Assembly: GCA_963761335.1 (NCBI GenBank)
Contig: CAVXGR010000012.1
Span: 544,001-608,000 of the forward strand
DNA from: an uncultured delta proteobacterium
GTDB taxonomy: Bacteria; Desulfobacterota; Binatia; HRBIN30; BPIQ01
DNA: 64,000 bases
Reading direction: 5' to 3'
Shown piece after piece: positions 28,918 to 39,462 of the stretch. The position numbers and the translations under genes are program-made. The notes beneath the pieces are model-generated. The model ran no database searches. It was not told where the DNA came from and was given only the letters and a program-made list of their open reading frames with translations. Within the stretch, counting starts at the first letter, position 1; each line of letters starts with the position of its first letter.

Positions 28918-29054
28918 TTTCTCCCCCGTGCTTCTCACGCGCGGGCGGATTGTAACCGAACCGGCGCCGGAGTCTAGTCCGCGCGATGGGGGCTTCGCCC
29001 CCGCCGGGCACGGTGCCGCCGGCTTCCTTGACAATTCCCCGGGGGCTGTGAGAC

Positions 29055-29729
29055 TTGATCAGTCGATTGAATCAGTTGCTGAAGCCTTCTGACGTGGTGC
29101 GTTCGGTCGTACAGCAGGCGCGCGAGGCGCCCCACTCCACCAAGGCGCGGATTCTCGCCACCGCCGAGGAGGTCTTCGCCGCCCGCGGCTTCGACGGCGC
29201 CTCCACCCGCGAGATCGCGGCGCGCGCCGGCGTGAACATCTCCAGCCTGCATTACCACTGGGACTCGAAGGAGAGGCTCTACTTCGGCGTCTTCCAGAGC
29301 GTCTACCGGCGCATCGTCGAGCTGGTGCAGAGCGTCGACGACCCGCCCCCGAGCACCCCCGCCGCCGCGGTGATCGAGACGGCGATGGGGCGGCTCTTCG
29401 ATTTCTTCGACGACAACCCGAACATCCCCAAGCTCCTCCTGCGGCGGTTGCTCGAGGACGGCGAAACGCACGTCGAGATCGAACGCGACATCCTTGTGCC
29501 GGCGTGGCGGGTCTTCGAGAACGCCAGCCGCCGTTACCGCCAGCGCAGCGCCAGCGAACCCGACTCGACCCTGTTCATGCTGAGCGTTCACAGCGTCATG
29601 CTCGTCCTCCTGCTCGACAGCAAGGAGTTTCGCCGCCTGCTCGGGGGCAGCGTGCGCAGCGGCGAGACACGCCAGCGCAGCCGCGCCCACGTCATTCGCC
29701 TGGTCCAACGCCTGCTGGCCGCGGAGTGA
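29055..29729 (+). CDS. TetR/AcrR family transcriptional regulator
   Basis: RILATAEEVFA..GF.GASTREIA..AGVN...LHYHW..KE.LY; true start may be slightly downstream. Confidence 0.9.
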   Translation: MISRLNQLLKPSDVVRSVVQQAREAPHSTKARILATAEEVFAARGFDGASTREIAARAGVNISSLHYHWDSKERLYFGVFQSVYRRIVELVQSVDDPPPSTPAAAVIETAMGRLFDFFDDNPNIPKLLLRRLLEDGETHVEIERDILVPAWRVFENASRRYRQRSASEPDSTLFMLSVHSVMLVLLLDSKEFRRLLGGSVRSGETRQRSRAHVIRLVQRLLAAE

Positions 29730-29733
29730 CCAC

Positions 29734-30738
29734 ATGCGCGCCCTGATCACCGCCTCCTTTCACGCCGACGGGCTGGAACGCCTGCGCCGCCACATGGATG
29801 TCGTCCACGAAGACTGGCGAGAGACGAAGCACATCCACTTCGACGGCGTGCAGTTCGCCGAACGCATCCGCGCCGCCGGGGCCGAGGTGGTGATCGTCGA
29901 GGCCGACCTGCTGCGCGAGGAGGTCCTCGACACCTGTGCCCTGCGCCTGATCGGCTGCTGCCGTGGGGATCCGATCAACATCGCCCTGGAGCGGGCCACC
30001 GAGCTGAAGATCCCAGTGATCTTCGCGCCGGCGCGCAATGCCGACGCCGTCGCCGACCTGACCCTGGCCTTCATGCTGAGCCTGATCCGGCACGTCTATG
30101 AGGTGAACGCCGCCGTCAAGAGCGGCGCCATGCGCTTCGCCAGCACCCGTGATTACCTCGACGTGTACGGGCGCTACGGCGGCTTCGAGCTCGGCTCCGC
30201 CACCGTCGGCATCGTCGGCCTCGGGGCCATCGGCCAGCGGGTGGCGCGGCGAGCGCGCGCCTTCGGCGCGCCTGTCCTCGCCCACGACCCGGTGGCGAGC
30301 GACGCCGCCTTTGCGGAAGCGGGCGCCGAGCGCCGCGACCTCGACGCCATGCTGGCGGAGACCGACATCCTGACCATCCACTGTCCGGAGCTGCCCTCGA
30401 CGTTTCAGCTGATCGGCCGCCAGCAGCTGCAGCGGCTGAAGCCGGGGTCGTATCTGTTGAACCTGGCGCGCGCCTCGATCGTCGACGACGATGCCGCCTA
30501 CGAGGCCCTGAGCAGCGGTCATCTCGCCGGCGCCGCCTTCGACGTCTTTCGCGACGAGCCGCTGCAGCCCGAGAACCGCTTCGCGCGGCTGCCGAACGTG
30601 CTGGTCTCGCCGCACCTCGGCGGCGCCACCCGCGACGTCGTCCGCCATCAGACCGAGATGGTGGTCGACGGCATCGAGGCCTGGCTGCGCGGCGAGCGGC
30701 CGCGCCACCTCGCCAACCCCGACGTCGCCCTCGCATGA
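29734..30738 (+). CDS. D-isomer-specific 2-hydroxyacid dehydrogenase
   Basis: GIVGLGAIG, NLARA, DVF..EP, PHLGGAT. Confidence 0.9.
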   Translation: MRALITASFHADGLERLRRHMDVVHEDWRETKHIHFDGVQFAERIRAAGAEVVIVEADLLREEVLDTCALRLIGCCRGDPINIALERATELKIPVIFAPARNADAVADLTLAFMLSLIRHVYEVNAAVKSGAMRFASTRDYLDVYGRYGGFELGSATVGIVGLGAIGQRVARRARAFGAPVLAHDPVASDAAFAEAGAERRDLDAMLAETDILTIHCPELPSTFQLIGRQQLQRLKPGSYLLNLARASIVDDDAAYEALSSGHLAGAAFDVFRDEPLQPENRFARLPNVLVSPHLGGATRDVVRHQTEMVVDGIEAWLRGERPRHLANPDVALA

Positions 30739-32249
30739 GCCGGGATCGCCCCCTCTTTCTGGCGATCGACGCCGGCACCGGCGGCGGCAAATGCATGCTG
30801 CTGGATGCCGGCGGCCGCCGTCTCGCCGTTCACCGCCAGCCGTGGAGCTACCAGGTCTCCGTCAACCCGGAGATCCCCTTCGTCAAGGAGTTCGAGTTCA
30901 ACGGCCCCGAGTTCTGGGGCATCCTCTGCCGCTGCATCCGCGACGCCGTGCGCGAGGCCAACGTCGAGCCCGGCCGCATCGCCGGCATCGCCAGCACCAG
31001 TCAGCGGGAAGGATGCGTCTTCCTCGACGGCGCCGGGCGGGAGATCTACGCCGGGCCCAACCTGGACGCGCGCGGCTTCAACGAGGGCCTCGAGGTGATG
31101 GAGCGCCTGGGTCCGGCGCGCCTGTACGAGATCACCGGTCACTCGGCGCCCTTCATCTTTCCCATCGCCCGCTATCTCTGGCACCGCAAGCAGCAGCGCC
31201 CGCCGGTGGCGCGGCTGCTGATGATCAACGACTGGATCGCCTACCGGCTCACCGGCGCCTTCGCCGGCGAGCCGTCCAACGGCACCGAGTCGATGCTCTT
31301 CGACCTCCGCGCCCGCGCCTGGTCGGACGAGATCCTCGACCTGTTCGACATTCCCCGCGGCATCCTGCCGGCGATCCACGCCTCCGGGGCCCGCATCGGC
31401 GAGGTCTCGGCCGTGGCGGCGGCGGAGACCGGGCTGGCGCCGGGCACGCCGGTGTTCACCGGGGGCGCCGACACGCAGTGCTCGCTGCTGGGCGCCGGGG
31501 TCAGCGAGCCAGGTCAGGTGGGCGCCACACTGGGGACGACCACGCCGGTACAGATGGTCGTCGGTGCGCCGACGTTCGATCCGCGCGGCAATCTCTGGGC
31601 GGGATGCCACGTGCTGCCCGACCGCTGGGTCCTGGAGAGCAACGCCGGCGACACCGGCGACGCCTATCTCTGGATTCTCCGTCTGATCGGTGGCGATCAG
31701 AAGCCCGAGCGCCTGTTCCAGCTGGGCGAGGAGCTCGGCCGCGCCGAAACCGCGCCGCAGGTATTCTCGTTTCTCGGTCCCTCCATCTTCAACATGATGG
31801 ACATACGGCCGGACAAGCCCGGGGGCATCCTCTTCCACTTTCCGATGATGCACCACCGCCCCGATCACGCCGACCTGATGCGCTCGTTCCTCGACAGCAT
31901 CGGCTTCGCCATCCGCGCCAACTGCGAGCAGATCTCCGCGGTCACCGGCGTGCCGCCGACGTCGCTCACCTTGAGTGGCGGCCTGTCCCGCAGCGCCGCC
32001 CTGGTGCAGCGGGTGGCCAACATCGCCGGCATTCCCGTAGTCGTCGGCCGCGAGCCGGAGAGCGCCGCTCTCGGGTGCGCCGTGCTGGTGGCGGCGGGCG
32101 TGGGGACCTACGAGTCGATCGCCGCCGCGGCGCGCGGCATGGTGGCCGTGAGTGAGGTCCTACCCCACGCCGACGCCCACGACCGCTACGAGCCCCTCTA
32201 CGCCAAGTGGCGCGAGCTCTATCAACAGATGGAGCAGCTCTCCCTTTGA
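30735..32249 (+). CDS. FGGY-family carbohydrate kinase (LsrK-like)
   Basis: IDAGTG, STSQREG, N.DAR, GGADTQ, LSGG. Confidence 0.88.
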   Translation: MSRDRPLFLAIDAGTGGGKCMLLDAGGRRLAVHRQPWSYQVSVNPEIPFVKEFEFNGPEFWGILCRCIRDAVREANVEPGRIAGIASTSQREGCVFLDGAGREIYAGPNLDARGFNEGLEVMERLGPARLYEITGHSAPFIFPIARYLWHRKQQRPPVARLLMINDWIAYRLTGAFAGEPSNGTESMLFDLRARAWSDEILDLFDIPRGILPAIHASGARIGEVSAVAAAETGLAPGTPVFTGGADTQCSLLGAGVSEPGQVGATLGTTTPVQMVVGAPTFDPRGNLWAGCHVLPDRWVLESNAGDTGDAYLWILRLIGGDQKPERLFQLGEELGRAETAPQVFSFLGPSIFNMMDIRPDKPGGILFHFPMMHHRPDHADLMRSFLDSIGFAIRANCEQISAVTGVPPTSLTLSGGLSRSAALVQRVANIAGIPVVVGREPESAALGCAVLVAAGVGTYESIAAAARGMVAVSEVLPHADAHDRYEPLYAKWRELYQQMEQLSL

Positions 32250-32269
32250 GGCCTGGTGCTGCGGGGGCG

Positions 32270-32430
32270 CGGTGTTGAGGTGTTGGGGTGTTGGGGTGTT
32301 GGGGTGTTGGGTGTTGGTAAGAAGGGGTGAACTGACCTAACAACCTAACAACGTAGCAACCAACAACCCGCCCGCAGCCAACGGGCATCCCGTTGGGCAA
32401 AGCCACCCCAACACCCCAACAACTAACACC
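32270..32430. repeat. Intergenic 7/8-mer tandem and inverted repeats
   Basis: (gggtgttg)n arm, cctaacaa repeats and a complementary ccccaaca arm. Confidence 0.8.
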
Positions 32431-32488
32431 TCGCCCGCCGCCCGCCGCCCTCGACGCCTGAAGCGGGCTCCGCTATCATCCCCGATCG

Positions 32489-33307
32489 ATGTACCCGATT
32501 CTCTTCCATCTGGGGCCACTCACCATCTACAGCTACGGCGCCATGATGGCGCTGGCGTTTCTGAGCGCCGCCTTCCTCACCTCGAAGGAGCTGGAGCGGC
32601 ACGGCTATGACGGCGAGCTGGCCTCGTCGCTGGTCGTCTGGGCGGCGGTCGGAGGGCTGGCGGGGGCGCGGCTGTGGGCTGTCCTCGATGATTTCTCCAA
32701 CTTCCTGCGCAACCCCCTCCATTTCCTGTTCAGCGGCGCCGGCTTCGTCTTCTACGGCGGCCTGATCGGCGGCTTTCTGGCGGTCAGCTTCGCGATTTAT
32801 CGCTACGGTCTCCCCTGGCTCACCACGGTCGACTGCATCGCCCCGGGCCTCGCCCTGGCGCACGCCATCGGCCGCATCGGCTGCGAGCTCGCCGGCGACG
32901 GCGACTGGGGTCGCCCCAGCACCCTGCCGTGGGCCCACAGCTATCCGAACGCCATCATCGGCTGGAAGGAGTGGGCCGCATCGTCGGGGTACCCCCCCGA
33001 CATCCGCGTGCACCCGACGCCGATCTACGAGACCATCGCCTACACGGCGATCTTTCTGCTCCTCTGGCGGCTGCGCAAGCGCCCCTGGCCGGCGGGCTCG
33101 CTCTTCTGGCTCTACCTGGTGCTGGCGCCTGCCGCCCGCTTCCTCGTCGAGTTCGTGCGCATCAACCCGCGCGTCCTCCTCGGCCTGACCGAGGCGCAGC
33201 TGACCTCGCTGGCGCTCATGGCCGTGGGCGCGGTGATGTTGCTGATCAGCTTCCGCCGCGCCGAGGTCGAAGAGACGCCGGCGATGCCGCTCCGCGCCGC
33301 CAAGTGA
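32489..33307 (+). CDS. lgt: Prolipoprotein diacylglyceryl transferase
   Basis: FYGGLIGG, GRIGC, HPTPIYE, RFLVEFVR. Confidence 0.93.
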   Translation: MYPILFHLGPLTIYSYGAMMALAFLSAAFLTSKELERHGYDGELASSLVVWAAVGGLAGARLWAVLDDFSNFLRNPLHFLFSGAGFVFYGGLIGGFLAVSFAIYRYGLPWLTTVDCIAPGLALAHAIGRIGCELAGDGDWGRPSTLPWAHSYPNAIIGWKEWAASSGYPPDIRVHPTPIYETIAYTAIFLLLWRLRKRPWPAGSLFWLYLVLAPAARFLVEFVRINPRVLLGLTEAQLTSLALMAVGAVMLLISFRRAEVEETPAMPLRAAK

Positions 33308-33843
33308 TGCGCCGCTGGGGAATTCCGATCGCGGCCCTGGTGCTGCTCATGGCCGGGGCCTTCTGGTATCAGGAGCGCCTGAGCCGCTCGCGCGCCAGCT
33401 TTCCGGCGCCCGACTTCTCGGTCATCGACCTGCAGGGGAACCACCACCGGCTGAGCGAGTTTCGCGGCAAGGTGGTGCTGCTCAACATCTGGGCCACCTG
33501 GTGCGCTCCCTGCCGCCAGGAGATGCCGTCGATGGAGGTCCTGCAGCGCAAGTTCGAGGGCCGTGACTTCGTCATCCTCGCCGTCAGCCAGGACGAGGAC
33601 GGACGCAGCGCCGTGGAGCCCTTCGTCAAGGAGTTCGGACTGACCTTCCCGGTCATGCTCGATCCCCAGGGCGAGGTGGGACAGAAGTACGGCGTCACCG
33701 GGTACCCGGAGACCTTCCTGATCGACAAGAGCGGCACCGTGCAGCTTCGCCATATCGGCTTCGCGAACTGGGCCGACGAGCGCAATCAGAGCGAGATCCT
33801 GAAGCTCATCGGCGCACCTGCGGGCTCACCCGCGTCGACATGA
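33307..33843 (+). CDS. TlpA/ResA-family thiol-disulfide oxidoreductase
   Basis: N-terminal TM; WATWCAPC..EMP; GYPETF. Confidence 0.92.
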   Translation: MRRWGIPIAALVLLMAGAFWYQERLSRSRASFPAPDFSVIDLQGNHHRLSEFRGKVVLLNIWATWCAPCRQEMPSMEVLQRKFEGRDFVILAVSQDEDGRSAVEPFVKEFGLTFPVMLDPQGEVGQKYGVTGYPETFLIDKSGTVQLRHIGFANWADERNQSEILKLIGAPAGSPAST

Positions 33844-35129
33844 CTCCGGCGGTCGCCGGCCGGGTGACGCAGGTCCTGACCTTGTCGTTGCTGCTGGCGG
33901 CAGCGCTGCCGGCGACCGCCGCCGATCGGCGCAGCTATGCCGTCGACTACATCGTCGACGTCCCGGCGAATCACAAGACGCTGCACGTGCGCTGGGAGCT
34001 CGCCGGCGCCGAGGAGATTCGCAGCCTGGTGCTGCACGCGCCGCCCGAGCGCTTCTCCAAGTTTCGCGGCAGCGGCCGCGTCGAGGTCGAGGGCGACCGG
34101 GTGCGCTGGTCCCCGGGCGGCCCCTACGCACACCTCGAGTACGACGTGGGCGTCGACCATGCGCGCGGCAGCAAGGGCCGCTATGACAGCTACGCCGCCG
34201 ACGGCTGGATCCTGGCACGGGCGCGCGATCTCTTTCCGCGCACCGCCGTCGACTGGAGCGAGAGAAACGGCAGCGGCGCACCGCGCTCGCGCGCCCGCCT
34301 GATCTTCCATCTGCCCGCCGGCTGGACGAGCGCCACCGCCAATCCCAGCGCCGGCGAGAACGTCTACTCTATCCGCGACAGCGGCAAGGCCATCGATCGC
34401 GTGCGCGGCTGGATGGCGCTCGGCAAGCTGACGCAGAGCCACCAGGAGATCGACGGCATCATGGTGCGGGTCGCGCAGGCGCCGGGATCGAAGCTCGCCG
34501 CCGAGGATATCTTCGCCTTTCTCGGCGACACGCTGCCGCGGCTGCGACAAATCATCGGCAGGGGCCCGGAGGAGCTTCTCATCGCCACCGCCCCCGATCC
34601 CATGTGGCATGGCGGCCTCAGCGCGCAGAGCTCCCTCTTCCTCCACGGAGACCGGCCACTGCGCACTCCGGACAAGACCTCGCCCATTCTACATGAGCTC
34701 TTTCACGTGCTGCAGCCGTTCAGCGTCGGACAGGACGCCGACTGGATCGCCGAAGGCCTGGCGGAGTTCTACTCTCTCGAGCTGCAGCAGCGCGCCGGTC
34801 TGCTGAATGCCCGCGGCTTCACCCGCGGGCTGCGCGACTTCGCCCGCTTCGGCGCCTGGAACGTCGACCTGCGCAAGCAATCGGACAATGCCGCCACCAA
34901 CAACAGCGCACCGCTGGTGATGTACGCCCTCGATCAGCGCATCCAGCACGCCACCGCCGGCCAGAAGCGTCTCGACGACGTCGTCCACCTGCTCTGCGAG
35001 GAGGGCGGCAGCGTCGACACCGAGCGCTTCCGCCGCGCCGCCGCCAAGGTCGCCGGCAAGTCACTCACCCGCTTCTTCGAACGGCACGTCGCCCGGGGCG
35101 AGATGCCGAAGTGGGAGCGCGGGCACTAG
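33840..35129 (+). CDS. Secreted gluzincin-type (M61-like) metallopeptidase
   Basis: Signal peptide; HELFH followed by WIAEG. Confidence 0.7.
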   Translation: MTPAVAGRVTQVLTLSLLLAAALPATAADRRSYAVDYIVDVPANHKTLHVRWELAGAEEIRSLVLHAPPERFSKFRGSGRVEVEGDRVRWSPGGPYAHLEYDVGVDHARGSKGRYDSYAADGWILARARDLFPRTAVDWSERNGSGAPRSRARLIFHLPAGWTSATANPSAGENVYSIRDSGKAIDRVRGWMALGKLTQSHQEIDGIMVRVAQAPGSKLAAEDIFAFLGDTLPRLRQIIGRGPEELLIATAPDPMWHGGLSAQSSLFLHGDRPLRTPDKTSPILHELFHVLQPFSVGQDADWIAEGLAEFYSLELQQRAGLLNARGFTRGLRDFARFGAWNVDLRKQSDNAATNNSAPLVMYALDQRIQHATAGQKRLDDVVHLLCEEGGSVDTERFRRAAAKVAGKSLTRFFERHVARGEMPKWERGH

Positions 35130-35156
35130 GAGCTGCGGGAGCGCGGCCCGCCTGGA

Positions 35157-35558
35157 GGCGGCCTCGAAACCCAACTCCGCCGGCCCGCGGGCCGAGGTAG
35201 AAGCGGCGTCTCGCCGCTTCGGCAGCGCCGGGACGGCGCTTCTACTTTATCGAAGGACCCGGAATGTTTCCGACACCCTGAGATAAGGAGGACCCTCATC
35301 GTGGCGAAAAAGAAGATGGCACGCAGTTCAAGGCGGCAGCGCCGCAGTCGCCGACGGCGGCCTCGAAACCCAACTCCGCCGGCCCGCGGGCCGAGGTAGA
35401 AGCGGCGTCTCGCCGCTTCGGCAGCGCCGGGACGGCGCTTCTACCTTGCCGAAGGACCCGGAATGTTTCCGAGACCCTGAGATAAGGAGGACCCTCATCG
35501 TGGCGAAAAAGAAGATGGCACGCAGTTCAAGGCGGCAGCGCCGCAGTCGCCGACGGCG
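35157..35558. repeat. 199-bp tandem duplication, each copy containing a GTAG-type REP doublet
   Basis: Copies begin at 35157 and 35356 and differ at a few sites; REP doublets at 35197-35245 and 35396-35444. Confidence 0.9.
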
Positions 35559-36366
35559 CGGGGCTCTGCAAGGAGCGCGCTTTTTGCGTGCGCATCGCAT
35601 CTCTCAGCTCTGCGCGGTTGGTCCCCAAGGTTCGCAACGTTGGAAGCACGCCATGTTCGAGAAAATGCCGGGTGCTGATGCCGGCCCCCGAGCTTCGCAG
35701 CCGTTCCTGGTAGTCTGGAATGAGACCGTCTCCAGGCATCTTGAACTGCGAGAGCACAGTGGCGAGATCGGCGATCGTACCGGCCCGATCTTCCGCCAGC
35801 TCGAGCCCGACCATGGTGCGATAGAACCCGGCATGCGCCGCCTCATCCCTGCTCACGTAAGTGAAGATGGCTTCGAGCACCTGGTCACCTTCGCGATGGG
35901 CTTTGTCCTTCTGCTCTTTGTAGGCCAGGTAGGTTGCCGCTTCCTGGAGGGCGCCGTAGCACACCATTTCCCGGCGCGTCGGAAAGGGCAGGCTCCATGC
36001 CTTTGAGAACACCAGGTTTTCGAAGGCCGTAAACTCCGGCTCCGAGCGCAGGCCGGATCGCGTCAGATACTCCCGAAAGGCCAACCCATGCTTGGACTCT
36101 TCGTAGCTCCAGCATGCCTGAAACCATGCGGCGCCGAACACCGAGCGGGTGAGATTGACACCCCCGGCGCTGTAGTCGGGCAGGTACAGCTCCTCGGCAC
36201 AGAAGGTTTCGATGGCCAGCGCTTTCTGGTCGCAATTTTTTGATGGATCGAGCCTCTCCCAGGGGATGTCATTGAAAACGCTCCAGCGCCGCTTGTGCTC
36301 CGCGGTCTCGAAGAACTCGAGATAGGTGCGATACACCTTCTCGCGAAGGGCTGGCGAGGCGCTCAC
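35527..36366 (-). CDS. Acyl-ACP desaturase-like ferritin-fold di-iron protein
   Basis: EELYLPDY, W..EESKH, QEAAT, DEAAH, F.MPG; start uncertain. Confidence 0.82.
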   Translation of the reverse strand: MSASPALREKVYRTYLEFFETAEHKRRWSVFNDIPWERLDPSKNCDQKALAIETFCAEELYLPDYSAGGVNLTRSVFGAAWFQACWSYEESKHGLAFREYLTRSGLRSEPEFTAFENLVFSKAWSLPFPTRREMVCYGALQEAATYLAYKEQKDKAHREGDQVLEAIFTYVSRDEAAHAGFYRTMVGLELAEDRAGTIADLATVLSQFKMPGDGLIPDYQERLRSSGAGISTRHFLEHGVLPTLRTLGTNRAELRDAMRTQKARSLQSPAPSATAALPP

Positions 36367-36639
36367 CGCTGACCTACGTGCGCCGCGGCGGCGGAGCAAC
36401 ACCTTGGGTCGATGCCCCAATTGAGGTGAGAAACACTCCGAGGATGAAGAGGTCTTATAATAGTTCCTTTCTTAGCTCACCCTGGATTCTTACAGAGGCA
36501 GAGCCGCAGCCGAAAGATCGCACTTCTACGCGCGTAGTTCTACCTGCGGCCCTGGATAATTCCTGGGCCACAGCCGTGCCCGCACCAGTGCCCCTGCCCG
36601 TCCTTGGAGCGGGCGAGGAGAACGGGCGAAGCACGGTCA

Positions 36640-39462
36640 CTAGAAGATCGCCCCGATGGTGAAGTGCACGGCGCCGATCGACTCGCCGCTGCGGCGGTCG
36701 AGCTTGAAGCCGTACTCGAGGCTGATCGGACCGACCGGGGTGGCGTAGCGGAGTCCCAGCCCGGCGCTGCGGCGGAAGTCGTGGACGCTGATCGGGCCGT
36801 TCTGCAGGTAGAGGCCGCCGCCGTCGGCGAAGGTGACGCCGCTGAAGCCGAAGACCAACGGGAAGCGCAGCTCCGTGTTGACGTTCAGCGACAGGTCACC
36901 GCCGAGGGGCTCGCGCTCCGCGGGCCTGTTGCCCGGCGGCAGCGCGCCGCCGCCGACCGGGCCGATGCTGTTCTCGCTGAAGCCGCGCACCGTGGTGCGG
37001 CCGCCGAGGAAGAAGCGCTCGCGGATGGGCACCGTCAGCCGGCCGTCGAGCGGCCGTGCCCAGCCGGTGCGCAGCGAGTAGACGAAGGTCAGGTCGTCGA
37101 TCAGCGGAATGAACTGCGCGTGCTGGGTGGTGAGCTTGAGGAAGTCGACACCCGAGATCCCGGGGACCGTGTAGCGAAGCTTCACGGACTCGATGTAGCC
37201 CGTGGTCGGGTTGAACGGATCGTTGCGCCGGTCGAAGGTGAGCAGCGGCCCGAAGGTGATGGTGCGCAGAAAGCCCTGATCAGGGACGCGGCCGAGCACC
37301 AGGCGCGGGTCGGTGGCGACCTCGAGAGGCACGTCGAAGACGGTGCTCTGATCGAGCTGGAGCTCGCCGCCGACGGTGAGCGCCGGCAACAGCTCCCGCT
37401 GCAGCGAGGTGAGCAACGCCTGGCGCTCGATGCTGTAGCGCTGAATCTCGCGGACGCTCCGCTGCAGGATGAAGTTGCTCTGCGACACCCAGTCGCTGCC
37501 GAGCAAGCGCGGCTCGCGGAAGCCGAGGTTCGACAGATACTCGTCCGGGGTGAATCCGGTGGGCGAGAGGTTCATCTCGGCGCGCAGGCTGATCTTGCGC
37601 GCCGTGCCGAAGAGATTGTCGTAGCTCGCCTCGGTGAACAGGCGCAGCCCGAGCTCGGTGTTGTATCCGAACCCGTACTGGATGGATCCCGGCTCGCGCT
37701 CCTCGACGCGCACCGCGATCGGCGCCGGCTTGGCATCGGGAAGGGGCGGACCAACGTCCTCCACCGGTCGCACCGTCACCCGGCGGAACAGGCCGAGCTT
37801 GTAGACGTTCGCCTGCCCCTGCAGCAGACCCTCGGCGTTGTACGGATCGCCTTCCTTGAAGTCGAGCTCGCGCAGGATGATGCGGTCGAGGGTGAGCTGA
37901 TTGTTCTCGACGACCACCGGTCCGAGCTGCTTGTACTCCCCGGGCGCGGCGACGAAGTGCACCTTGGTCTCGACGATGCCCCCGGAGCGGACCTCGTCGA
38001 CGGTGTCATTCACCTCCGCGTCCGGGTAGCCGAGCCGCGCCAGAGCCAGGGTGAGCTGCGACGTGTCGTCCTCGACCGCCTGGGGGCTGTACGGCTCGCC
38101 GACCTGTGTCTTCAGCTTCGGAATCTCGAAACCCTGGGTGAAGTCGTCGAAGGTCAGGTCCTCGACGATGCTGCGCGGCCCCTCCTCGATGACGATGGTC
38201 AGGGTGATGGTGCCGTTCTCCTCGTCGAACTGGGTGCGGCTGTCGACCACCTGGGCCGACTGGAAGCCGAGGCGGCGATAGAGAAACCAGATGTTGCTCA
38301 GGTCCTCCCGCAGCGTGTCGTCGGCCAGTGCGCCGCTGCTGACGAGACCGTGCCAGCTGCGCGGCGCCGTCTGCATCACCTCGCGCAGGCGGCTGTCGGG
38401 AACCACGTCGTTTCCGGAGATGTCGATCTCGTCGATGAAGAACTGCTCTCCTTCGTCGACGTCGAGCTCGACAACCTCGGGGGTCTCGTCGTCGTTGATG
38501 ATGAGCTTGACGTCGGCGCGGTAGTAGCCGCGTTGCTGATAGGCGCGCTTGGCCTTCTGCGCCAGCGTTCGCCAGGTTCCGTCGGTGACGATCGGCCGGT
38601 TCTTCAGGTTGATCAGATCGAGGATGTCGCCCCGAGACATGGCGTGGTTGCCGCGGAAGACGAGCTCGTAGGGCGGCCCGGCGCGCACGTTCAGCACCAG
38701 CGTGCCCGAGCGGCTCCCGGCCGGCAGCTGCCAGTCGCTGTCCACGGCCGCCGTGTAGTAGTCCTTGTCGCGGTACATGGCGATGACGTTCTTGCGCGCC
38801 TGGCGCTCGGTATCGCGCTTGTACGGATCGCCGATGTCGACGCCGGTGGCGTCCCTGACCTCCTCGGCGGAGAAGACCGGCGTACCTTCGATGACGATCG
38901 CGCCGACCACCGTCGGCTCGTTTTCGCGGATGACGTAGGTGACGTTGACCTCGCGCCAGCCCTTGTCCCGGCGCTCGATGCGATAGTCGATCTGGGCGTC
39001 GAGATATCCGTCGCGGTGGTAGAGCTCGCGCAAGCGGTCGGCGGCCGCATGCAGTGTCTCGTCATCCGCCTCGCTTCCCACCGGCAGGCGCAGGCGCTTC
39101 AGCAGATTGGCCTTCCAGAAGTGGTCGTTCCCCTCGACGTCGACCGAGTTCACGAAGATCTTGCGCACCAGGTGGAAGACGACCTCAACGCCGCTCGGGT
39201 TGGGAATCACCTCGGGGTCGACGCTCGACCACAGGCCCTTGAGCTCGAGCAGGCGCACCGACTCCTGCAGATCCTGCGAGGTCAGCGGCTTCCCGACCTG
39301 CAGCGGCAGGAGCTCTCGCCGCAGAGAGCGCGGATCGATCCGCGCCGTGGCGTCGAAGCGGATGGCGGTGACCGGACGCCCCCACTGCTCGGCGGCATCC
39401 TGCGCATGTGCCGCCGCCACCAGGACGACGCACGCCAGGGCGACCGCGGAAGGCCGCCTCAC
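36640..39462 (-). CDS. Omp85 (BamA/TamA-type) outer-membrane assembly protein
   Basis: Signal peptide, several POTRA units (GN..., Y...GY), barrel with VRGF and a terminal Phe; GTG start overlaps the tamB stop. Confidence 0.9.
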   Translation of the reverse strand: MRRPSAVALACVVLVAAAHAQDAAEQWGRPVTAIRFDATARIDPRSLRRELLPLQVGKPLTSQDLQESVRLLELKGLWSSVDPEVIPNPSGVEVVFHLVRKIFVNSVDVEGNDHFWKANLLKRLRLPVGSEADDETLHAAADRLRELYHRDGYLDAQIDYRIERRDKGWREVNVTYVIRENEPTVVGAIVIEGTPVFSAEEVRDATGVDIGDPYKRDTERQARKNVIAMYRDKDYYTAAVDSDWQLPAGSRSGTLVLNVRAGPPYELVFRGNHAMSRGDILDLINLKNRPIVTDGTWRTLAQKAKRAYQQRGYYRADVKLIINDDETPEVVELDVDEGEQFFIDEIDISGNDVVPDSRLREVMQTAPRSWHGLVSSGALADDTLREDLSNIWFLYRRLGFQSAQVVDSRTQFDEENGTITLTIVIEEGPRSIVEDLTFDDFTQGFEIPKLKTQVGEPYSPQAVEDDTSQLTLALARLGYPDAEVNDTVDEVRSGGIVETKVHFVAAPGEYKQLGPVVVENNQLTLDRIILRELDFKEGDPYNAEGLLQGQANVYKLGLFRRVTVRPVEDVGPPLPDAKPAPIAVRVEEREPGSIQYGFGYNTELGLRLFTEASYDNLFGTARKISLRAEMNLSPTGFTPDEYLSNLGFREPRLLGSDWVSQSNFILQRSVREIQRYSIERQALLTSLQRELLPALTVGGELQLDQSTVFDVPLEVATDPRLVLGRVPDQGFLRTITFGPLLTFDRRNDPFNPTTGYIESVKLRYTVPGISGVDFLKLTTQHAQFIPLIDDLTFVYSLRTGWARPLDGRLTVPIRERFFLGGRTTVRGFSENSIGPVGGGALPPGNRPAEREPLGGDLSLNVNTELRFPLVFGFSGVTFADGGGLYLQNGPISVHDFRRSAGLGLRYATPVGPISLEYGFKLDRRSGESIGAVHFTIGAIF

